NCBI GenBank assembly: GCA_965205975.1
Contig: OZ242195.1
Location: forward strand, 4,640,001-4,704,000
DNA: 64,000 nucleotides
Reading direction: 5' to 3'
DNA from: Candidatus Latescibacterota bacterium
GTDB taxonomy: Bacteria; Latescibacterota; UBA2968
Part shown: positions 18,142 to 26,631 of the stretch, piece after piece
Numbering within the stretch: position 1 is the stretch's first letter
How the letters are laid out: each line of letters starts with the position of its first letter
Notes under the pieces: model-generated
Told to the model about the DNA's origin: nothing
The model's database searches: none
What the model saw: the letters and a program-made list of their open reading frames with translations, nothing else
Position numbers and translations under genes: made by a program

Positions 18142-19077
18142 ATGGGAAAATACGATACCATCTCCAAACGTCTCATCCAGACCTATCCACAGGATTTTAT
18201 ACGCTTCACGCTCCAACGGGACGATGTCGAATTTCTCGCGCTCCTCGATACAGAGCAACCCACCGTTGACGCACACCGCGCGGATAGCTTTATCCGTGCG
18301 CGAATCGGCGATGAAGACATAGTGATTCACTATGAGTTTCAAACCACCGATAGCACCGATACACCCATGCCCCGTCGCATGGCGGGGTATATCGGTCGTG
18401 CGATTGAGCTTTATGATTTGCCTATCCATTCCGCTGTTATTTACTTGCGTCCCGATGCGGGGCAAAACGATCCGGGATACCATATCCAAGCGCGTCTTGG
18501 CTGTCAGTTCATTATCCGATACAAGGTGATCAGACTGGTCGAAGTAGAAGGTCAGCACGTCCTCGATGCGGGACATACCGGCTTGCTTCCGTTTGCCTCA
18601 TTGATGAAGCCACCTGAAGGGATGGGTTCTGAGGCGTGGATGCGTGCGTGTGTTGATACGGCGGCAGACCTGCCGCTGGATGAGTCTGCTCGGGGCGATT
18701 TTCTCGCTGGACTGTCGGTTTTGGGTGGGTTGGTGCATGATCGAGAAATGATTGCGAACCTTATATCAAAGGAGGGGTTGATGGATCTCATCCGTGAATC
18801 ATCATTTGCCCAATATCTGCTTGAGCAAGAGATAGAGGAAAACAAAGAACAATGGCTCAAGCAGGGCATTGAGCAAGGGATTGAGCAAGGGGAAAAACGA
18901 AGTACACTCGCAGATATCCTTGAGGTGTTGCAGATTCGCTTTGGTCTGAGCGAGATGCACCCCCTATCTGACCGCATTGCCGATATTGACGATTTGCAAC
19001 GCCTCAAGCAGTTGCTCCGTGCGGCTATTCAGGCCACCAATCTCGAAGCATTTGAACGTATGTTAGATGATGTGTGA
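18142..19077 (+). CDS. Rpn family (recombination-promoting nuclease / PD-(D/E)XK) protein
   Basis: YDTISKRL, RADSFI, IHYEFQT, MPRRMAGY, VIYL; C-terminal QGIEQGIEQGE repeats and L..RFG helical domain. Confidence 0.85.
   Translation: MGKYDTISKRLIQTYPQDFIRFTLQRDDVEFLALLDTEQPTVDAHRADSFIRARIGDEDIVIHYEFQTTDSTDTPMPRRMAGYIGRAIELYDLPIHSAVIYLRPDAGQNDPGYHIQARLGCQFIIRYKVIRLVEVEGQHVLDAGHTGLLPFASLMKPPEGMGSEAWMRACVDTAADLPLDESARGDFLAGLSVLGGLVHDREMIANLISKEGLMDLIRESSFAQYLLEQEIEENKEQWLKQGIEQGIEQGEKRSTLADILEVLQIRFGLSEMHPLSDRIADIDDLQRLKQLLRAAIQATNLEAFERMLDDV
18781..19077 (+). CDS. Predicted intragenic short form (RpnS-like, 98 aa) from an internal start
   Basis: In-frame ATG (codon 214) preceded by AAGGAGG at 18769-18775; covers exactly the C-terminal helical domain MDLIRESSFAQ... 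Confidence 0.6.
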   Translation: MDLIRESSFAQYLLEQEIEENKEQWLKQGIEQGIEQGEKRSTLADILEVLQIRFGLSEMHPLSDRIADIDDLQRLKQLLRAAIQATNLEAFERMLDDV

Positions 19078-19148
19078 CGTAGTTTCTGAGATCATGAAGC
19101 GGAATCAAGAAATCAATCTTACGAATCAATCAACCCTATCAATCAGGC

Positions 19149-19267
19149 CGTCATTGCGGCAGGCTTTTGGGCCGCCACGCGCAAGCACAACACCAGTAAT
19201 CCAGTGGTTTTGGTGGTCATAGGGGCACGGTTTTGACCGCTATTCGCAGCACAACACCAGTAATCCA
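19149..19267 (+). repeat. Two degenerate CGTC-REP-like units each ending AGCACAACACCAGTAATCCA
   Basis: Identical 20-mer at 19184-19203 and 19248-19267, each preceded by GTCAT..GGC..TTTTG..CCGC. Confidence 0.7.
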
Positions 19268-19291
19268 TATCTGTCCACTTATAGGACAGGA

Positions 19292-20407
19292 TCAGGATGC
19301 AGCGATCAGCAGACCAGCGTTTTGCCGGAAGGACAGGGCTACGCTGTCAATATGCGGCTTGTTCTTGTAGTAGAACAGATCATCGTGGGTAAGCCCGGTG
19401 ATGTCCAGAGCCAGATTCAACATATGGGGTTGGAGGTATTTGTTCAGGTACATTCCCATTCCGGCTCCAGCTACCGTACCGGCTATGCCGCCGATCAGGT
19501 TGCCAATTCCCGGTACAAATGAGCCTGCGGCAGATCCGCCAAAACCACCGACTGTTGAAAGGACAGTTGAGATGCCGAATCGGGACATTGTAGTGAGGGC
19601 TTGCACGACTTGCATCTTGTTTTTGGTAGTGCGATCAGCAGTGCTGAATTCCTTCTCGGTTTTAATGACAGTGTATATCAGACGAGCACCCATAATAATC
19701 GCGCCTGCGTAAGGGACTATCTCTCCGATACTGTCGGGCAGATCAAAGCCCTGATTGGCACTGAGAGTTTCGAGACCATCCTCTATCCCCTCCACCAGTT
19801 CGTAGTCGTATCCTATATCGGTCATTTGGTCAATGAGTTCCGGACTACGCTCAGCAATTCTGTCGTAGATTTCAGTGCCAACAGCATAGTGTACGTCCGG
19901 ATTATCGGCCATTAGCTGTTGGACTTCACCTGCACGGTCTGCCAATCCAGTTTTGACTTGGAACAGCACCTCCTGTCCGTCCGAAGAGATAGCACTGATG
20001 TCCCAGACAGGCTGGGTAGGATCTGCAGCAATTTCTATGTTGGTAAACCCTCCTGTCTCGAGATCTTCTGCAAAGTTGAGTTCAGCCACTTTGCCTTTCA
20101 GTGTACTGAAAAATCCTGTCATGGATTCGTTGCTGCCCTCTGCTATCTCCTGCCAGTGTTCGTGAAATGATCCTTCGTAATTCCCGAAGGCCATTTCGTG
20201 GGCTTGGGCCAGTTTGTCATCTACGTTGATGGTATCAAAAATACCCCACATAGCGAACGAGGTCGCCGCTGTTGCTTCTGCCGCATAAAGCCCTCGATCC
20301 ATACTCCGCAGATCGGTGATCATATCTTGAAAGGATTTACGCTGGCCAGATTCTGGACCAGGGAGTTCCCGTAACTCCGGCAATAAGTTTAACGATTGCA
20401 TCGCCAT
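19292..20407 (-). CDS. Hypothetical protein: PD-(D/E)XK-like motif plus C-terminal glycine zipper
   Basis: KGKVAE...PVWDI...FQVKTG; GGFGGSAAGSFVPGIGNLIGGIAGTVAGAGMG; RBS GGAGA. Confidence 0.7.
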   Translation of the reverse strand: MAMQSLNLLPELRELPGPESGQRKSFQDMITDLRSMDRGLYAAEATAATSFAMWGIFDTINVDDKLAQAHEMAFGNYEGSFHEHWQEIAEGSNESMTGFFSTLKGKVAELNFAEDLETGGFTNIEIAADPTQPVWDISAISSDGQEVLFQVKTGLADRAGEVQQLMADNPDVHYAVGTEIYDRIAERSPELIDQMTDIGYDYELVEGIEDGLETLSANQGFDLPDSIGEIVPYAGAIIMGARLIYTVIKTEKEFSTADRTTKNKMQVVQALTTMSRFGISTVLSTVGGFGGSAAGSFVPGIGNLIGGIAGTVAGAGMGMYLNKYLQPHMLNLALDITGLTHDDLFYYKNKPHIDSVALSFRQNAGLLIAAS

Positions 20408-20419
20408 GGTATCTGTCTC

Positions 20420-21553
20420 CTAAGTGAGAAACGCGACGATTAGCGCGGTTATTGCGATGATAGCACTGCCAACAGATATGGCGGTAAGCCGGTTTTGGGT
20501 CTGACGTGCCTCTTGGCGTAGATTCTTCACTTGCTCAGACAGGGTCTTTTGAGTGATTTGTTCATGGGTTTCGTTTAGCTGTTTTTGAGCAGTATTCAGG
20601 GCTAATTCATACTGTTGAGCTTGCTCAGATAGAGCCTTTTGCATGGTGTCGCTGAGTATTTGCTGCAAGTTGTCGTGTTCGGCTATGTGCTGGGTTAGCA
20701 GTTCATTCTGACGAATGACTCGTGGAATTAGCTCCTGGTTGATGCGGTCCTGTTCCTCCCAAAAGCGGACTTTTTCTACAATACTCGGCCTTTCCGTATT
20801 TCCATCTTGACTATCTGTTTCCTCATCTAATATGGTTTGCTCAAGTCCGACCAATCCTATTTTCACGTTGTCTGGACCTTCAAAAAAGCCCCAACACCAC
20901 CCATGTTCATTGACTTCTTCGAGATCGACATCCACGTCTGTGGCCTCAAGTTTCTGGACGGTGTTATATAAGTTGTCCACTTCAAAGTCTATTCTGTCGA
21001 AGCCCTCAGACTCAAACCATCCGGTCGATAAGAGTACTATGATTATATTCCCTGCTTGTAAACCAACATAGTCTTCATTGTCCTCATAGGAGAAGCCTTC
21101 TATTTCTTTTAACCCCAGGACCTGGGTATAGAATTGTATCGAGTCTTCTACATCGTCCGTTTTCAGGACGAATCGATAAATCCGAATTTCTGTTTCCTCG
21201 CCGCCAGACGTATCAAGTAGATCTGCTGTTGCCAATCCTATTGTCACATTCTCAGGACCCTCAAAATGGGCTACCCGCGTCCCGTCATCATAGTTTTTGA
21301 GTCTGACATCTACATCCGCATCCTCAAGTTTCTGAACGATGCTGTCTAAGTTTTCCACTGTGAAGGATATGTGATCTAATCCTTCATCCACGTCCGCGTC
21401 CTTTAGGAGTAATAAAAAGCCACTTATATCTTTCCCCTGCAAAGCCACTATGTCAGATTCACGCTCTATTTCCTTCAGCCCCAGGGTCTGGGCGTAGAAG
21501 TTGGCCGAGTCTTCTAAATTGTCCGTTACTAAATGGATTCCTCTCAAATGCAC
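20420..21553 (-). CDS. Tandem VOC/glyoxalase domains fused to a coiled coil and C-terminal TM anchor
   Basis: Two repeats of (T)D..EDS..FY.Q.LGLKEIE...F.V.NL...VQKLE..DVDV...FEGP.NV.IGL; Gln-rich helix; C-terminal ISVGSAIIAITALIVAFLT; GTG start with GGAGGA RBS. Confidence 0.75.
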   Translation of the reverse strand: MHLRGIHLVTDNLEDSANFYAQTLGLKEIERESDIVALQGKDISGFLLLLKDADVDEGLDHISFTVENLDSIVQKLEDADVDVRLKNYDDGTRVAHFEGPENVTIGLATADLLDTSGGEETEIRIYRFVLKTDDVEDSIQFYTQVLGLKEIEGFSYEDNEDYVGLQAGNIIIVLLSTGWFESEGFDRIDFEVDNLYNTVQKLEATDVDVDLEEVNEHGWCWGFFEGPDNVKIGLVGLEQTILDEETDSQDGNTERPSIVEKVRFWEEQDRINQELIPRVIRQNELLTQHIAEHDNLQQILSDTMQKALSEQAQQYELALNTAQKQLNETHEQITQKTLSEQVKNLRQEARQTQNRLTAISVGSAIIAITALIVAFLT

Positions 21554-21995
21554 TTTTGTTCCTCCATCTTATAAATGAAATACTTGACACTTTCCAACCG
21601 CGTCCCATAATAGCTACTGAACTGTGTGAACACAATTAAAAATCAAGTTGAGAATGACTCTCTTCAACTGGCGTTCTCCGATGGCATTGACAACCAGTTA
21701 TCTCGTTTATGATTGGAGTGCGTCAGTAATGCAGGATTCGTCGGGTTGGATGGTGTTGAACCAGTATTTATTGCACATAAGTTCTTCATCAGCGATAATC
21801 TGGATACCTTTGCGCGCAAAGGAAGCGACACTACCCGGAAGTTGGAACATCACTTGTTCTGCTGGTGCCTCATCTCTATGTAAGTTCGTGTCTCAGGTCG
21901 CAGGCGACTCATCACTTCTGCCCACTGGACTGGCGCGTTGTGCTTGAGCTTCTTTTTGTACAATATGTGGCTCAATTTTTGGATGATGGCGTTGT

Positions 21996-22045
21996 TTGGG
22001 CGGGTTGGTGCATGATCGGGAAATGATTGCTGACCTTATTTCAAA
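21996..22045 (+). repeat. 50-bp copy of an internal rpn segment
   Basis: 45/50 identical to 18721-18770 by direct comparison. Confidence 0.85.
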
Positions 22046-22059
22046 TTCGAGACACGCCA

Positions 22060-22088
22060 TTGACTTTTGTAGTACAACACAGTAATTT
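22060..22088 (+). promoter_or_regulatory. Sigma-70-like promoter with palindromic operator for vapBC
   Basis: TTGACT-N17-TAATTT; TTGTAGTACAA palindrome in the spacer. Confidence 0.5.
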
Positions 22089-22137
22089 TGAAATATCAAT
22101 CTATGACTGTTTGAAATACGTACCAGTGGAGAGGACA

Positions 22138-22344
22138 ATGGAAACCACGCTTGATGTGGCAGGATTGCCTGAAGATCGAATACAATATCTCAAAAATCTC
22201 GTTGCGATTTGGAAAGCGCGAGGTGAGAATAGTGGTGGACTACAGCCCATTATCAAGCGAAAAGTAGCTCCGTCGGAATTTATCGTGAAGGATTCGGATG
22301 TTGTTGGCGGTGAAGTGACCCGAGCAATGGCGTATGATGAATAA
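22138..22344 (+). CDS. Probable type II antitoxin (VapB-like)
   Basis: 68 aa, GAGAGG RBS, overlaps the start of the PIN gene. Confidence 0.65.
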   Translation: METTLDVAGLPEDRIQYLKNLVAIWKARGENSGGLQPIIKRKVAPSEFIVKDSDVVGGEVTRAMAYDE

Positions 22345-22858
22345 TTTTGGTGATCTCTCATACCTTGATTCCAATATTCTGGTCTATGCTCAACAACGGA
22401 AATCCCCTCGACACGTAGTTGCCAAATCTCTGAGAGATCAGTGCCTTAATGGCGAGGTTGCTGCCTGCATTAGTCCTCAAGTTCTCAGCGAATTTTTCGT
22501 TACGGTTACTCGAACCGATGGTCGGGCTGTAGATGAACCGCTGTCTCCAGCAGAGGCTACAAATGAGGTAAGACGGTACTGTGAGTCTGATCAACTGGTT
22601 GTTATCCATCCCGGTCCGCGCATTATGGAACGGATGCTCGGGCTTCTCCAGCGGTATCCAGTTCAAGGTCTTCGTCTCCACGATTTAAGACATGTGGCGA
22701 CTATGCTGGAAAATAATGTGACCAGAGTATATACCTTCAATACCAGACATTTTTCCACTTTTTCTGAGATTGAAACTCTGAATCCCGAAGCGATTGACGT
22801 GCCAGAAAGCCAGGAGCACAAAGAAGACGTGGAGCCAAAGAAAAATGATATAGCCTGA
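22334..22858 (+). CDS. vapC: PIN-domain toxin (VapC family)
   Basis: YLDSNILVYA, QVLSEF, LHDLRHVATM, YTFNTRHF. Confidence 0.85.
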   Translation: MMNNFGDLSYLDSNILVYAQQRKSPRHVVAKSLRDQCLNGEVAACISPQVLSEFFVTVTRTDGRAVDEPLSPAEATNEVRRYCESDQLVVIHPGPRIMERMLGLLQRYPVQGLRLHDLRHVATMLENNVTRVYTFNTRHFSTFSEIETLNPEAIDVPESQEHKEDVEPKKNDIA

Positions 22859-23203
22859 ATGGTCGGAATAGCCGGTCTGGGGTGATATGAATTTTTCCAC
22901 CTCTTGGGTAACGTCTCAGTTTGAAATAATTTGAAATAGTTAGTCCGAAATCGATGAGAGTGTCTCAGTTTGAAATTAGTTGTAACAGGCGAGGCACTCA
23001 AGAGGACAAAGCAAAGTGAGACACTAAAAAAATTTGAGTTTGGTTGTGTATCCAAACCACAAAAAAAGTCACAAAGTCCCGTGATGCTCCAGGGGCATTT
23101 TGAATGCCGGTGGCATTCACACCATAGCCAGTTGTTGAGGACATGGAAAACTACATGGACGTATTGATTTGGAGGATGGGAGGGTGCTTGTAATCACAAA
23201 AGA

Positions 23204-23410
23204 TCAGCTTGTGTGGCAGGCAGGCGAGCAGTGAGCGCATCCATTTACCTGTCTGTAATGGTTGCGTGCTTCCCTAACCGCAGGAAAGCACGAAGAAAAA
23301 TTGCCGAGATAGATACGGTTTGAAGGGCTTGGCAACCAATAGCATCCTTCTCTATGAACCTCGTGATCTCCATTTGGTTGTGCATTTCTGTTCACGTAGT
23401 AACTTGCCAT
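23204..23410 (-). CDS. Small Cys/His-rich conserved hypothetical protein (probable metal binding)
   Basis: YYVNRNAQPNGDHEVH...C...YLG.F..C...NGCAHCSPACH; AAGGAGA RBS. Confidence 0.75.
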   Translation of the reverse strand: MASYYVNRNAQPNGDHEVHREGCYWLPSPSNRIYLGNFSSCFPAVREARNHYRQVNGCAHCSPACHTS

Positions 23411-23520
23411 TTAGTATTTCTCCTTCTTGTTAAGGATTAAATTTCTTTTTGCTTGCCCACGTCCGGAAGCGGTTGTATGTTGTTATCTATATTTGTTGTT
23501 TTTCCTCCTTCGGGAGTTTT

Positions 23521-23551
23521 GGCGGATTTGAGCGGCCTACTCAAATCCGCC
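23521..23551. terminator. Perfect 12-bp hairpin between two small genes
   Basis: GGCGGATTTGAG-CGGCCTA-CTCAAATCCGCC; T-tract on the + strand side. Confidence 0.55.
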
Positions 23552-23556
23552 TGTTT

Positions 23557-23820
23557 TTATTCTTTACCGTGCTCTATACCTACATGCCGCATAATAACGC
23601 AGTGCTTAAAATGCAGTGTAGCACCTTGATGACCTAATGTTGTTGTATAAGTACACACACTATATTGATCGACACAATAGCCCTGCAAGGCTTTTTCCTC
23701 AATTAACTGTTCAAGCTCGCCTAAATCTTCGCTCTCTACACAAACATACATTCGAGTATTTGCGTCGATTTTAATTCGGTACTGCGAACCCGGAACAGCA
23801 GGTAGCAAAGTTGCAGACAT
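23557..23820 (-). CDS. Hypothetical protein (87 aa)
   Basis: Strong RBS GAGGAGGTGA before ATG; no recognised motif. Confidence 0.55.
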   Translation of the reverse strand: MSATLLPAVPGSQYRIKIDANTRMYVCVESEDLGELEQLIEEKALQGYCVDQYSVCTYTTTLGHQGATLHFKHCVIMRHVGIEHGKE

Positions 23821-24030
23821 ACCGCCTCACCTCCTCTCTGTTTGAAAATTTTTCCAAAATCCAAAGAAAATAGACAGCTTATTGTTATCTGTCAACCCTG
23901 CAGCGTCTTTTTTCTACAACAATTTTACAAACTTTTACAGAACAAACCTTTGTGCCTCTTTTTGTAACACTTTTGCCACATTTTCTTGACATCAGGCTTA
24001 GGTACAGTATTTTTTTACCAAGGAGGAATG

Positions 24031-24426
24031 ATGGCAGACAAAGATATGATAACCGAAGAGGAATATGCAGAGTGGCAGAAAAGGCAAGAACGTCGATTTT
24101 GGATAATCATTAAGACTATCGTCTGGATAGTCGTTCTTTCGCCCGGTATTTGGTTGCTTTTGACTCACTACCAACACGGCGATCTTGAAATTTACCTTGA
24201 CCACGACGCATATACAAAATACGAAGACGAAAAATACACGCGCATTTATGCGACCAGATATACTTGGTGGGGGTTAGGAAAAGACAAAATCTATCAAATC
24301 AAAGCAATAAATGGCAAGTGGCATATACGCGAAAGCGGCAAGCCCAATGCAAAGTGGACACTCATGTATTTTGACGATCTTGGAATGGACATCGACTATG
24401 TGCCCGAACCACCTTACCCAAGATGA
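24031..24426 (+). CDS. Hypothetical single-TM membrane protein
   Basis: AAGGAGG RBS; hydrophobic FWIIIKTIVWIVVLSPGIWLLL; TTGACA at 23986. Confidence 0.6.
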   Translation: MADKDMITEEEYAEWQKRQERRFWIIIKTIVWIVVLSPGIWLLLTHYQHGDLEIYLDHDAYTKYEDEKYTRIYATRYTWWGLGKDKIYQIKAINGKWHIRESGKPNAKWTLMYFDDLGMDIDYVPEPPYPR

Positions 24427-24566
24427 AACCAAACCCCAACGGCACAACAAGATGGGCTTTAGGCGTACTGGTAGAGAAGATCAAAAAGCGATTAAAGAAC
24501 CCTTCTACCGGCCACTAAAACGGGTCAAGTCCACCACCTCTTGCAACCAAAATTCATCCAAATGAC

Positions 24567-24599
24567 ACCCCTGAAGAGATTATCTCTCCAGGGGTTTTT
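24567..24599 (+). terminator. Intrinsic terminator
   Basis: ACCCCTG-AAGAGAT..ATCTCT-CCAGGGGT followed by T-run. Confidence 0.6.
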
Positions 24600-24757
24600 A
24601 AATTTTTCAATATAGTACATCAATATACCGTGCATAAGATTGCGTAAAACTGCAACATTTGCTATAATTTATTGTCTCCATGCCATCTTTAAAGGATTTT
24701 AGCCATGAATAATAGGTATGTGGCCTGTTGAATTTTACCAAAGTGAAAATGGTCAAG

Positions 24758-24909
24758 TGTTATGCTTCAGATAGAAATGGACTTTTGTGGTGCATTGATA
24801 AGCTATAAATTGGGCTGTCCCCAAGGAGGAGTCTGTTATGCTTCAGATAGAAATGGACTTTTGTGGTGCATTGATAAGCTATAAATTGGGCTGTCCCCAA
24901 GGAGGAGTC
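24758..24909 (+). repeat. Exact 76-bp tandem duplication of the IS left end
   Basis: 24758-24833 equals 24834-24909. Confidence 0.9.
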
Positions 24910-24910
24910 C

Positions 24911-25219
24911 ATGTCGAAGAAGCGTAAGCAATATTCTCCCGAAGAGAAGGTGTCGATTTTGCGTCGTCATCTGTTAGATGGCGTGCCCGTGTCAGATTTG
25001 TGTGATGCACACGGGATTCACCCGACGATGTTCTACCAGTGGCAGAAGGTGTTTTTCGAGCAAGGTACCTCAGCCTTTGCGCCAAAGCAGAGTGTGCATG
25101 AGAAACAGCAGGCGAGAAAGATTGCTGTCTTAGAGGCCAAATTGGCAACAAAGAACGAAGTGTTGTCAGAACTGATGGAAGAGCACATTTTTCTAAAAAA
25201 AAGTCTTGGGGAGACCTGA
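24911..25219 (+). CDS. IS3 transposase OrfA (HTH)
   Basis: RKQYSPEEKVSIL...VSDLCDAHGIHPTMFYQW; AGGAGG RBS. Confidence 0.9.
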   Translation: MSKKRKQYSPEEKVSILRRHLLDGVPVSDLCDAHGIHPTMFYQWQKVFFEQGTSAFAPKQSVHEKQQARKIAVLEAKLATKNEVLSELMEEHIFLKKSLGET

Positions 25220-26187
25220 GTCAACGTCCGATTTCGAGGGTCATTCGCGATGCGGTGATTGATTTTGTGGTCCATTGGCACAAGCAAACCGGTATCTTTA
25301 TCGGTCAGTTTTTATCCTTATTAGGGTTATCTACAAGCACATATTATGACTGGAAAGCCCGGTATGGTGCGCCCAATGGCACTTATGGGTCACTGCCCAA
25401 GAGTTCCTGGCTCTTGGACTGGGAGAAGCAAGCCATTATCACTTATGCCATAGCGCACCCCGACCAGGGGTATCGTCGTTTGGCGTATCAGATGATAGAT
25501 GAAGATGTTGTAGCTGTTTCACCCAGTAGCGTGTATCGCGTGCTCAAAGGCGCCGATCTGCTTAGTCGAACTTTAAAAAAGGTCTCAAAGAAGGGGACAG
25601 GATTTGACCAGCCAACACGGGCACACCAGCACTGGCATGTGGATGTATCCTATTTGAATATCTGCGGGACCTTCTACTACTTATGTGCCCTTTTAGATGG
25701 CTATAGTCGCTTTCTCGTCCATTTTGAGATTCGAGAAGCGATGCGAGAAGCAGATGTCGAGATCATTATTCAAAGAGGCAGAGAAAAGTTCCCCAACGTC
25801 AGGCCGCGTATCATCTCGGACAATGGTCCACAGTTTATTGCCCTTGCCTTCAAGTCCTTTATCAGACACTGCGGGATGACCCATGTGCGCACTTCGCCGT
25901 TTTATCCGCAATCCAATGGCAAGATCGAGCGGTGGCACCAGTCGCTCAAGCGCGAGTGTATTCGTCCCAAAACACCGACGAATTTGGAGGAGGCGCGAGA
26001 AGTGGTTGCCAGATTTGTCGCGCATTACAACCACAAGAGATACCACGCCAGCATCGGGTATATCGCGCCTGTTGATAAACTGTGTGGTCGAGCACCACTT
26101 ATTTTTCGAGAACGAAAACGCAAGTTGGCGCAAGCAAAATGCTTGCGTGCCCAACTCAGAGCCGTCAAACCCGTTGCCCATTTGTAG
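25195..26187 (+). CDS. IS3 transposase OrfB (DDE/rve), fused to OrfA by -1 frameshift
   Basis: A8G slippery site at 25195-25203 with the -1 frame open from there; WHVDVSY, LDGYSR, SDNGPQF, PQSNGKIERW. Confidence 0.9.
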   Translation, partial: KKKSWGDLSQRPISRVIRDAVIDFVVHWHKQTGIFIGQFLSLLGLSTSTYYDWKARYGAPNGTYGSLPKSSWLLDWEKQAIITYAIAHPDQGYRRLAYQMIDEDVVAVSPSSVYRVLKGADLLSRTLKKVSKKGTGFDQPTRAHQHWHVDVSYLNICGTFYYLCALLDGYSRFLVHFEIREAMREADVEIIIQRGREKFPNVRPRIISDNGPQFIALAFKSFIRHCGMTHVRTSPFYPQSNGKIERWHQSLKRECIRPKTPTNLEEAREVVARFVAHYNHKRYHASIGYIAPVDKLCGRAPLIFRERKRKLAQAKCLRAQLRAVKPVAHL

Positions 26188-26317
26188 CTTAACTACAACA
26201 CCCAAAATTCCAATTTACTTTGAACCATTACATGCCCAACTCAGAGCCGTCAAACCCGTTGCCCATTTGTAGCTTAACTACAACACCCAAAATTCCAATT
26301 TACTTTGAACCATTACA
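26148..26317 (+). repeat. Exact 85-bp tandem duplication of the IS right end
   Basis: 26148-26232 equals 26233-26317. Confidence 0.9.
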
Positions 26318-26631
26318 CAAGAGCCTGTCAGAGACTTTTTGCTCTCACTTCAACCAAAGCTGAGAGCAAAGATCTTGCAGGTGATTCAAATTCTTTCAGA
26401 GTTTGGTATTGATCTCCCCTTTCCTTATTCCAGTCAAGTTGAGGGAAGGTTGAGAGAACTGCGAGCGCGTTATGGGAAAAATCAATATCGCGTTTTGTAC
26501 TACGGTGATGCGAATCGAATTTTTGTCCTGTTGCACGCCTTTGAAAAGCGAAGTCAGAAACTGCCGCAACGAGAAATTCGGATTGCAATGGAACGCATGA
26601 ACGCTGATCGAGAGCGAAAAGAGGGATAAAG

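Larger units (their letters stand above)
24758..26317 (+). mobile_element. IS3-family insertion sequence with 4-bp target duplication CAAG
   Basis: TG...CA ends; IRL TGTTATGCTTCAGATAGAAATGGA vs IRR(rc) TGTAATGGTTCAAAGTAAATTGGA; CAAG at 24754-24757 and 26318-26321; orfA/orfB layout. Confidence 0.92.
24718..26629 (+). pseudogene. HigB/RelE (Gp49-like) toxin gene split by an IS3-family element
   Basis: MWPVEFYQSENG(Q) at 24718-24757 joins in frame to QEPVRDFLLSLQPK...LRELR...YRVLYY...LLHAFEKRSQKLP at 26318-26629 once the IS and one CAAG are removed. Confidence 0.9.

Noticed and set aside
19184..19267. 20-bp direct repeat with 44-bp gap, CRISPR-like
   Set aside because: The intervening sequence is itself a degenerate copy of the preceding REP-like unit, so this is a tandem duplication.
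21707..21947. Short ORFs on both strands between the VOC fusion and the rpn fragment
   Set aside because: No RBS or motif I can support; the minus frame (…MFQLPGSVASFARKGIQIIADEELMCNKYWF…) may be a gene remnant but cannot be assigned.
22913..22976. Two 15-bp repeats ending GAAAT with a 34-bp gap, CRISPR-like
   Set aside because: Repeat too short, only two units, no leader or cas genes.
25883..26272. 129-aa ORF ending in the same AQLRAVKPVAHL as OrfB
   Set aside because: By-product of the 85-bp right-end duplication, not a separate gene.
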